Assembly: GCA_046758965.1 (NCBI GenBank)
Contig: JBHIBG010000032.1
Span: forward strand, 1-28,492
Length of the DNA: 28,492 bases
Direction of reading: 5' to 3'
From: Candidatus Methylomirabilia bacterium
Lineage (GTDB): Bacteria > Methylomirabilota > Methylomirabilia > Rokubacteriales > CSP1-6
Below, in pieces: positions 21,476-28,492 of this stretch (its first letter is position 1; the number at the start of each line of letters is the position of its first letter). The translations under genes were made by a program, and so were the position numbers. Below the pieces are notes generated by a model, which ran no database searches, was not told the origin of the DNA, and saw nothing but the letters and a program-made list of their open reading frames with translations.

Positions 21476-23208
21476 GGGGGAAAATGCCGTCGCCTGAGCC
21501 GTGACCGCCTCGCGGACAGATAAAGTTCCCGTGCGTGGCGGCGCGCCGTCTCGGTGACCTGTTCCCCACCCAGCATCCGAGCCAGCTCTTCCACGCGGCC
21601 CGTCTCGTCCAGGATCTCTACCGTCGTGCGCGTCTTCCCGCCCTGGACCGACTTCTCCACCCGAAGGTGACGATCGGCGTAAGCCGCGATCTGCGCGAGG
21701 TGCGTGACGCAGAACACCTGCCGGTGCCTGGCCGTCTGTGCGAGCTTCTGCCCTACCTGATCCGCCACCCGGCCGCCGATCCCGGCATCCACCTCGTCGA
21801 AGACCATCGTGGCGATCCGGTCGGCCTCGGCCAGGATAGCCTTGATGCACAGCATGGTTCGGGAGAGCTCCCCGCCGGAGATCACTCGCGCCAGCGGCTT
21901 CAACTCTTCTCCGGGGTTTGTCGTGAGGCGGAACTCCACCCGGTCCACGCCGCGGGCGGTGACCCGCCAGCGTGCGGGGCCAACCACGAGCCCTTCCGGA
22001 GAGGCGAGCTCCTGGCTCAGCACGATGGCGAAGCGCGCCTTCTCCATCCCCAGGGCGCGGAGCTCCCGCTGAATCAGCTGCTCCAGGCGTGAGGCGGCTT
22101 TCTGCCGGATCCCCGAGAGGTGAACGGCCTCCCGCTCCACCTCGGAGGCCGCGGTGGCCAGCCGGGCTTCCTGCTCTGCCAGAAGCTCTTCCTTCCGTTC
22201 CATCCGCCGGAGCTCTTCGCGGACTCGGTCCCGGTACGCCAGGATCGTGTCCTCGCGTTCCCCGTACTTCCGCTTCAGTTTGGCCAGGGCGTCCAGCCGA
22301 GCGTCGATTTCCTCAAGGCGCCTGGGGTCGGGATCCACGCGATCGCAGAGGGAGCGGACCTGCGTCACGGCCTCCTCGACCTGGACCTGGGCAGACTCCA
22401 GAGGCGAGAGCGCTCCGGCGAGGTCCGGGAAGAACCTGGCCAGGTCGCCCAGGAGTTGGGCAGCCCGACTGAGGCGGGTGGTCACCGACTGGGCCTCGTC
22501 GTAGAGGAGTCCGAGGAGCTCACCCATCCCCTCCCGCAACCGACCGGCGTGCTGCAGTTTCCTGCGTTCGGCCGTGAGCGACTCCTCCTCTCCCGGGATG
22601 AGCCTGGCTCCATCAATCTCCGAGAGTTGGAAGCGATAGAGGTCCTCCTTCTGGGCCTGCTCCCGCTCGGTCTCCACGAGTGCCGTGAGGGCGGCGCGGG
22701 CGCGCTCCCACTCGCCGACGAGCGCTGCCACGCGCGCTCGCGTCTCTTCGGCCCCGGCGACCCGATCCAGAAGGTCGAGCTGACGTGCGGGTTCCAACAG
22801 CCGCTGGTGCTCATGCTGGCCATGGATCTCCACCAGGGGTTCGCCGAGCCGCTCCAATAGTCCTACCGTTGCGGCCGAGTCATTGACGAAGGCGCGGTGC
22901 CGCCCCGACCGGGTGAGCTCCCGGCGGATGATGAGCTGGTCATCTTCCGCGTTGAGCCCGACCTCCTCGAGGATGGCGCCCACGGGCCCTCGGGGTTCTA
23001 CGGAAAACAGGGCCTCGACCGGCGCGGCCTCGGCGTCGGTACGGATCAGGTCCACTTGGGGACGCGCTCCTGACAGGAGCAGAAGCGCATCCAGCAGGAT
23101 CGACTTCCCCGCCCCCGTCTCGCCCGTCAGGACGTTCAGCCCCGGGGCGAAGGGGACGGTGACCTGCTCGATCACGGCGAGGTTCTTGATCCTGAGCTCC
23201 CGGAGCAT
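21472..23208 (-). CDS. recN: DNA repair protein RecN
   Basis: [60 protein letters not shown]. Start at ATG 23208. Confidence 0.95.
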   Translation of the reverse strand: MLRELRIKNLAVIEQVTVPFAPGLNVLTGETGAGKSILLDALLLLSGARPQVDLIRTDAEAAPVEALFSVEPRGPVGAILEEVGLNAEDDQLIIRRELTRSGRHRAFVNDSAATVGLLERLGEPLVEIHGQHEHQRLLEPARQLDLLDRVAGAEETRARVAALVGEWERARAALTALVETEREQAQKEDLYRFQLSEIDGARLIPGEEESLTAERRKLQHAGRLREGMGELLGLLYDEAQSVTTRLSRAAQLLGDLARFFPDLAGALSPLESAQVQVEEAVTQVRSLCDRVDPDPRRLEEIDARLDALAKLKRKYGEREDTILAYRDRVREELRRMERKEELLAEQEARLATAASEVEREAVHLSGIRQKAASRLEQLIQRELRALGMEKARFAIVLSQELASPEGLVVGPARWRVTARGVDRVEFRLTTNPGEELKPLARVISGGELSRTMLCIKAILAEADRIATMVFDEVDAGIGGRVADQVGQKLAQTARHRQVFCVTHLAQIAAYADRHLRVEKSVQGGKTRTTVEILDETGRVEELARMLGGEQVTETARRHARELYLSARRSRLRRRHFPP

Positions 23209-23317
23209 GGCTGCCTTACCGCGGGAGTTCCCCTCCCCTGCTACCTCCGGCCGGGCTAGCGCCCGAACGGTTCGGGTTCTCCTCGCGCCGGTGGTGGAGG
23301 GGATCCGCACGAGGCTC

Positions 23318-24175
23318 CTAGCGTTCACCCCACTTGAGCTTGTCGCGGAGCACCGAGAAGAAGTGTGTCTGAGGGAAGCGAACCAGCCGAATCCGAGGGG
23401 CAGCCTGGCGGACTTCGACGGTATCCCGAGTGGTGAGGGCAATGCCCTCCTGCCCGTCGAGCGTGAGCATCACGTCCTGGTGCTCCGTGAGGAGCGTGAT
23501 CTCGACGGTGACCGTGGGCGGCAAGACAATGGGACGGTTGGTCAGCGTGTGGGAGCAGATGGGGGTAAGGACGATGGCGTCCATGGTCGGGTAGACAATG
23601 GGCCCGCCCGCGGAGAGGCCGTAGGCCGTCGAGCCCGTCGGCGTTGAGATGATCAAGCCGTCAGCGCGATAATCGGTCGCGGCCTGCCCGGCCACGGCCA
23701 CAGCCAACTTGACGATCCGGCTCATGGCCGATTTGGTGATGACCACGTCGTTGAGGGCCACGTATTCGGCGACTCGCGCCCCCTGGCGGTGGACCCGGGC
23801 GGCGAGCATCATCCGTTCCTCCAGGAGCATCTGGCCGGCGAAGACCCGCTCGAGAGCCGCAAAGAGCTCCTCCAGGGTCGTGGCGGTGAGGAAGCCGAGC
23901 CCACCCAGATTCACGCCCAGGATAGGAACTCCCAGATCACCCACCAGGCGCGCTACAGAGAGCAGGGTCCCGTCCCCGCCGAGCACCACCAGCAGGTCCA
24001 CCTGAGGCGGAAGGTCTGACTTGCCGACCGCAGAGCTCGCCGCCGGGACCAGGGGCGCGGTCTCCTTCTCGAGGATCACCTGCTTACCTTGGACGGCCAG
24101 CCACTCGGCCAGGCGCGGGACGACCTCGCGGGCCTCGGGCCAGTCGGTTTTGGCCACGATCCCGATCCGCTTCAC
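23318..24175 (-). CDS. nadK: NAD(+) kinase
   Basis: LGGDGTLL, GVNLGGLGFL, ALNDVVI, ADGLIISTPTGSTAYGLSAGGPI. Confidence 0.95.
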   Translation of the reverse strand: MKRIGIVAKTDWPEAREVVPRLAEWLAVQGKQVILEKETAPLVPAASSAVGKSDLPPQVDLLVVLGGDGTLLSVARLVGDLGVPILGVNLGGLGFLTATTLEELFAALERVFAGQMLLEERMMLAARVHRQGARVAEYVALNDVVITKSAMSRIVKLAVAVAGQAATDYRADGLIISTPTGSTAYGLSAGGPIVYPTMDAIVLTPICSHTLTNRPIVLPPTVTVEITLLTEHQDVMLTLDGQEGIALTTRDTVEVRQAAPRIRLVRFPQTHFFSVLRDKLKWGER

Positions 24176-24969
24176 GCCTTAGCGCCTCCGTTGACAGCCT
24201 GCGCGATAGCCGCTTCGGGATCGGAGAGCGTGGGCCTTCCCGGCGAGAGGTGGAGAAAAAACTCGCGATTCCCCTTCGGCCCCCTGAGCGGCGAGGGCGT
24301 GAGGCCGGCCACGTGCCAACCCTGAAGCACCGCGAAGCGGACAAGCCGAATGAGCACTGCCCGGTGCAGCGCAGGATCCCGCACCACCCCCCCCTTGCCC
24401 ACCTGATTCCGGCCCACCTCGAATTGCGGTTTGACGAGCGCCACCACTTCGCGCAGACCAGTGAGGACGCCGAAGATCGGCGGAAGCACTTTTTCCAGCG
24501 AGATAAACGAGACATCGACAGTGGCCAGAGCCGGCGGGATCGGGAACGCGCCGGGAGTGAGGAATCGCGCGTTGGTCTTCTCCATCACCACCACGCGGGG
24601 ATGGGTCCGGAGGCGGAGGTCGAGTTGGCCGCTTCCCACCTCCACGGCATAGACCAGCTGCGCGCCTCGCGCGAGCAGGCAGTGGGTGAAGCCGCCAGTG
24701 GAAGCGCCGACGTCCACGCCGGTCCGCCCCTCTACGGAGATCCCGAAGGCGTCCAGGGCGTGCGCCAACTTCTCACCGCCCCGGCTGACGAAGGGCGAGA
24801 CCGCCTTGACCTCGACAGGCGCTCCGACTGCGACAACACGGCCTGCCTTGTCGACGCGCTCCCCCGAGACCCGGACAAGGCCCGCGAGTATCAGGCGGGC
24901 GGCCTCGGCACGGCTCCGGGCCAATCCGTGCCTCACCAGGAGTTGATCAAGACGCTCTTTGCGCTGCAT
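24172..24969 (-). CDS. tlyA: TlyA-family rRNA (cytidine-2'-O)-methyltransferase
   Basis: S4 domain KERLDQLLV..GLARSRAEA, FVSRGGEKL, DVGASTGGFT, DVSFISL, LVKPQFE, GPKGNREF; conserved tlyA-nadK-recN order. Alternative start at 25023. Confidence 0.92.
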   Translation of the reverse strand: MQRKERLDQLLVRHGLARSRAEAARLILAGLVRVSGERVDKAGRVVAVGAPVEVKAVSPFVSRGGEKLAHALDAFGISVEGRTGVDVGASTGGFTHCLLARGAQLVYAVEVGSGQLDLRLRTHPRVVVMEKTNARFLTPGAFPIPPALATVDVSFISLEKVLPPIFGVLTGLREVVALVKPQFEVGRNQVGKGGVVRDPALHRAVLIRLVRFAVLQGWHVAGLTPSPLRGPKGNREFFLHLSPGRPTLSDPEAAIAQAVNGGAKA

Positions 24970-25157
24970 CCTATTTTCCCAAGGCGCGCTGTCAACACGC
25001 TGCCCCCTACAGGCGTTGCTCATCGGGCACCCGCCTGCTCCGCGCCGCGATGACGGCAGACCACGGGGTCCGTCCTCAGAATTATATACTAACGAGGCTC
25101 TGCCTCAGACCGACGAGTTGTAGGGTGGTGACCCAGTAGCGTGGCGGTGGAAATAAA

Positions 25158-25258
25158 GCTCCGGTCGTGGGAACGCCCGGGATGCGATAGACTCGCTCCC
25201 GGTATATGGGGCCGCCAGGCGGTCAGTTGGTCCACGAGGGACCTCCCACAACCGGAGC
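25158..25258 (+). other. Nested multi-stem structure in the element's 5' leader (RNA or ssDNA)
   Basis: GCTCCGGTCGTGGGA (25158-25172) pairs with TCCCACAACCGGAGC (25244-25258) at 14/15 positions. It encloses CCGGGA(T)GCGA-TAGAC-TCGCTCCCGG (25177-25202) and a smaller GGCCGC-CAG-GCGGTC hairpin (25210-25224). Confidence 0.7.
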
Positions 25259-25263
25259 CAGCC

Positions 25264-26891
25264 ATGAGTCTACCACGCACCATTGCCGAAGTGTTGCGCG
25301 ACCACGTGACCCTGGAAGTCGAGTGCATCGACCGGATGTACCTCAACGCCTACGTGCCGCAGCTGCAGTACGAAAGCGGCGTGGCGGCGTTCTTCCGGCA
25401 GCACCGCAGGCACCCGTTCGCCTCGTCGGCCCTGATGGAGCCGATCAGCAAGGGGTTCGTCGCCGCCATCCACGCCTTCGTGCAGGAGCAGGGCGTGCCG
25501 CTCATCCCGTTCGAGAAGGGGCAGCGGAAGGACGACGTGATGGCCGCGCACCTGGCGCGCTTCACCGCCCCCGAGGGCCTCCTGTTCGTCGGACGCGCGC
25601 AGGAGAAGGCGCGCGTCGTGCGGACGGAGAAACGCCACAATCCCACCACCGGCCAGGCCTATCCGTGGCTGGTGCGCTCTACCGCCATGGTCAATCACTT
25701 CTACTTCTACGGCGTGGATGGGGACTTCGGGCCGTTCTTCCTGAAGTTCGGCACCTACTTCCCCTACACCGCGAAGCTCTGTCTCAACGGCCACGAGTAT
25801 GTGAAGCGGCAACTCGCGCAGCGGGGGATCGCCTTCGAGGCCCTCGACAACGGGATCCTGTCGTGTGCCGACCCGCGGCGGCTGCAGACGCTGTGCGACG
25901 GGCTGTCGGCGGAGAAGATCGACGCCTTCTTTCGCAAGTGGCTGCACCGCCTGCCCCATCCCTTCACCCGCCGGGACCGCCAGGCCGGGTACTGCTACGA
26001 ACTGTCCATCCTGCAGGCCGAGTTCAGCCTGACCCAGGTGCTGGACCGCCCGTTGAGCGGCCGGTTGCTCTTCGAGGATCTCATTCGCGAGAACCTCGAC
26101 CTCGGTCGGCCGGACCGGGTGCAATTGATCTTTGATCGCCGCGTCACGCGGCAGACGCCGGGGCGGTTTCGTACCCGGGTGCTGACCGAAGGCGTGGTGC
26201 CGTCGCTGCACGTGACCTACAAACACAGCAATCTCAAGCAGTACCTCAAGGGGCTTCGCCCGACAGCAGAGGGACGTGCCCTGCGGACCGAACTGACGGT
26301 GAACGACACACGGGACTTCGAGATCGGGCGGGGGCTGACGAACCTCGCCGCCCTGCGGCAGGTCGGCTTTCAGGCTACCCGACGTCTGCTGGACGTCCAA
26401 CGACTCAGCCTCGACGGCACGATCGGCGACGCCACCGTGGAGCGTGTGCACCGGCCCGTGACGGTCGCGAGGCAACGGGCGCCAGCGTTGCGCTTTCTGG
26501 ACCCGCGCGTGCTCGCCCTGTTCATGGGCCTCGTCGTCTTCCGCCTGCTGCCACAGGGGTTCACCGCCCGGGAGTTGCGGCAGCACGTGGCGCCGTTGCT
26601 GGGCAAGGCGCCGAGCGAGCTCTCGCTGGGACAGCTCACGTACGACCTCTGCGTCGCTTGCGGCTGCACGGGGTGATCGAGCGGCTGCCGAAGCGCCATC
26701 GCTACCGGGTCACCGACCCCGGACTCCGCGTCGCGCTCTTCGTGCCCCGCCTGTGGGCGCGCACGCTGCGGCCGGGCCTGGCCACCGTGATGCCCGACAC
26801 GGCGGCGAACGACTCCACGCTGCGGCGTGCCTTTGAGCGCCTCGAGCGCGCAATGGACGACTGGTGCGCCGAGGCAAAACTTGCCGCATGA
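25264..26891 (+). pseudogene. Putative transposase-like protein (~541 aa if repaired), frameshifted at 26647-26650
   Basis: ATG 25264 with GGAG SD (MSLPRTIAEVLRDHVTLEVECIDRMYLN...). Removing 2 nt from GAC CTCTG CGT joins the 25141 and 26658 ORFs into ...QLTYDLRRLRLHGVIERLPKRHRYRVT..., a winged-HTH-like C-terminus. Transposase function is inferred. Confidence 0.65.
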
Positions 26892-27100
26892 TCGTATGAA
26901 AACTTGACTCATTCGCTACTAGCGCCGTGCTGGGGACCGTCGCACGACCCACTCCGTGCGGCCCATCCACTGGACAGGTCGACCGCGCACGCGATGACCG
27001 TCGGCCATTGATCATCTGGCGGCCCTCACCCCCCTCAACGTACAGGGAGGAGTTCTGCCTCGCAGCGGGCCAACGGCTTCGGGGAAGGAAGCTGGAGGCG

Positions 27101-27805
27101 CTACCACGAATACCGTCGGCCGCGGGGACGGAGTGCAGCGAGGAGGACGAGACCGGCGACGAACCCCCCGATGTGGGCAAACCAGGCGACCCCACCCTGG
27201 TCGCCCGCCCCGAAGGTAAGCAGTCCGTTCAGCAGCTGGACGATGATCCAAAAGCCAAGAACCACCATAGCCGGGATCCGAACGAGCCGGATAAAGAAGC
27301 CGAAGGTGATGAGCGTGAGGACCTTGGCATGGGGAAACAGCACCAGGTATGCCCCGAGCACCCCGGAGACGGCCCCGCTGGCCCCGATCATGGGAATCTC
27401 TGAGGATGGCCCCACGGCCGTCTGGGCCAGCGCGGCGGCCACGCCGGAGAGGAGGTAGAAGGCCAGGAAGCGCCTGTGCCCGAGGATGTCCTCCACGTTG
27501 TTCCCGAAGATCCAGAGGTAGAGCAAGTTGCCGAAGATGTGAAAGAGCCCCCCGTGGAGAAACATGGAGGTGAAGAGCGTCACCACGGGATGGGGGAGAT
27601 CAGCCGCGGCGGTGCAGGCTCCCGTGAGACGGCAGGGGATGTGGCCGAATTCGAAGACGAACGCTTGTGCGGCTCTGAGCGCGTGGGGGTCCTCGGTGGC
27701 TTGCAACGACAGCTGATACAGAAAGGCGAGGATGTTAGCCGTGATCAGCCCGATGGTCACCGCCGGGAACGAGCGGGTGGGGATGTCATCCTTCAGAGGG
27801 AGCAT
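27101..27805 (-). CDS. Rhomboid-family intramembrane serine protease
   Basis: TSMFLHGGLFHIFGNLLYLWIFGNNVED, catalytic GASG, AWFAHIGGF; multiple TM helices. Confidence 0.93.
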   Translation of the reverse strand: MLPLKDDIPTRSFPAVTIGLITANILAFLYQLSLQATEDPHALRAAQAFVFEFGHIPCRLTGACTAAADLPHPVVTLFTSMFLHGGLFHIFGNLLYLWIFGNNVEDILGHRRFLAFYLLSGVAAALAQTAVGPSSEIPMIGASGAVSGVLGAYLVLFPHAKVLTLITFGFFIRLVRIPAMVVLGFWIIVQLLNGLLTFGAGDQGGVAWFAHIGGFVAGLVLLAALRPRGRRYSW

Positions 27806-27850
27806 GGCCTCAGGTTCGCTTGTCCGCTCGTTGAAGATTCGACGGGTTCA

Positions 27851-27879
27851 ATTATCCGCGGACGCATCGAAGATTGCAA
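27851..27879 (-). promoter_or_regulatory. Candidate sigma70 promoter TTGCAA-17-GATAAT for the rhomboid gene
   Basis: -35 at 27879-27874 and -10 at 27856-27851. Confidence 0.55.
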
Positions 27880-28096
27880 GAACGGGACGTTACCGCGCCA
27901 CAGGATGGGCCACGGTGACCTGAACAAATCGCGGTCCCCGAGTCTCGGTCCCCTTGCTGGCATGGTTTGCCTGACCGGTCACATTGCCGGGAGGAGGGCG
28001 GGAGGCTACCGGGCAAAACGCCGGGTAGTCGAGCCATCGTGTCGAAAGCTGTACAGTAAGTAGCTGAAATCAAAAGCGCCAGAGAGCTAGGCCGCT

Positions 28097-28111
28097 TGGC
28101 ACTGACGTTGC
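28097..28111 (+). promoter_or_regulatory. Sigma54 (-24/-12) promoter TGGCAC-N5-TTGC
   Basis: TGGCACTGACGTTGC with correct GG-N10-GC spacing; an IHF-like site and paired UAS-like motifs lie upstream. Confidence 0.7.
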
Positions 28112-28258
28112 GTGACTCGATCAGAAAGGTTTATGTGTCGGGGGCCTGTCTTGGGAGATCCCGAGAAAAGGAGGTGAGTACGGCTGTGGGCGGGTGACCA
28201 TCACAGGGGACCGAAGGGTGGAAAGGGTCAAGGAACTATCAAAGGGAGAGGAGGCATA

Positions 28259-28492
28259 ATGAGGAAGCTGTTCGCGACGATGCTGGCTCTATTGCTCGTC
28301 ATAGCTCTTTCTCCGACGGTGAGCAACGCCCATGCGCTTTGCACGCCCGAGGTGAAAGCGGCCAAGAAAATGTTGAACGAACGCCTGATGGCGAGGGCGG
28401 AAGAGGTCCAGGCGCCCCGAGCCCTGGCTGGCGCGAGGTCTGAGATCCAGGCACCGCGTGGGCAAGAGGTCCAGGCTCCTCGGGGCCAGGAG
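28259..28492 (+). CDS. Secreted hypothetical protein with E[V/I]QAPR repeats (partial; runs off the right edge)
   Basis: Absent from the ORF track. ATG 28259 with GAGGAGG SD: MRKLFATMLALLLVIALSPTVSNAHA|LCTPEVKAAKKMLNERLMARAEEVQAPRALAGARSEIQAPRGQEVQAPRGQE...; classic Sec/SPI signal peptide. Confidence 0.8.
   Translation, partial: MRKLFATMLALLLVIALSPTVSNAHALCTPEVKAAKKMLNERLMARAEEVQAPRALAGARSEIQAPRGQEVQAPRGQE
28403..28492 (+). repeat. Coding repeat E[V/I]QAPR(GQ), at least 3 copies, becoming a 24 nt / 8 aa period
   Basis: GAGGTCCAGGCGCCCCGA, GAGATCCAGGCACCGCGT, GAGGTCCAGGCTCCTCGG; differences are mostly synonymous. Confidence 0.8.

Larger units (their letters stand above)
25087..26924 (+). mobile_element. 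Putative unclassified IS-like element (boundaries approximate)
   Basis: A single plus-strand gene interrupts a minus-strand run. It has a structured 5' leader, a small left hairpin GAGGC-TCT-GCCTC (25094-25106) and an imperfect direct repeat TACTAACG (25087) / TACTAGCG (26917). No terminal inverted repeats found. Confidence 0.6.

Noticed and set aside
25270..26586. 438 aa minus-strand ORF and 309 aa alternative-frame ORF inside the element
   Set aside because: They overlap the transposase-like gene, whose own frame has the GC3-rich codon pattern; no recognisable features.
26925..27100. Small ORF or RNA gene between the element and the rhomboid gene
   Set aside because: Only short GC-rich hairpins and unconvincing translations; no tRNA cloverleaf or known ncRNA signature.
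27958..27970. Second sigma54-like motif TGGCATGGTTTGC
   Set aside because: The GG-to-GC spacing is 8 nt rather than the required 10.
28319..28342. Lipoprotein lipobox at the Cys of the QAPR protein
   Set aside because: H-A-L-C does not fit [LVI][ASTVI][GAS]C; the A-H-A SPI cleavage site fits better.

Overview
GC-rich bacterial chromosomal window. About 25 kb is a co-oriented minus-strand run of housekeeping genes: tlyA-nadK-recN, csp, secA, smc, rodZ-like-ftsY, ribD-ribE-ribBA-ribH-nusB, a metallophosphoesterase, lnt-prfB (programmed +1 frameshift)-lysS-lolC/E-lolD, ilvE and the 5' part of clpC. The accessory right end (~25.0-28.5 kb) holds three things. (i) A ~1.8 kb plus-strand IS-like element whose ~541 aa protein shows no DDE, HUH or recombinase signature I can recognise but has a Rep_trans-like K-x-Y-x-K...R-x-E motif; it is frameshifted by a CT duplication and preceded by a nested multi-stem leader that buries its RBS. 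(ii) A rhomboid protease. (iii) A divergent, apparently sigma54-driven secreted protein with E[V/I]QAPR repeats that runs off the window. Subtler points: the phosphoesterase has no canonical start codon (ATC), RibH has Arg-rich tails, candidate NrdR boxes lie before smc, palindromes lie before recN and secA, and several promoters predict near-leaderless mRNAs. A Rokubacteria/Methylomirabilota-like diderm is my unverified guess for the source. All calls come from reading the sequence; no searches were run.
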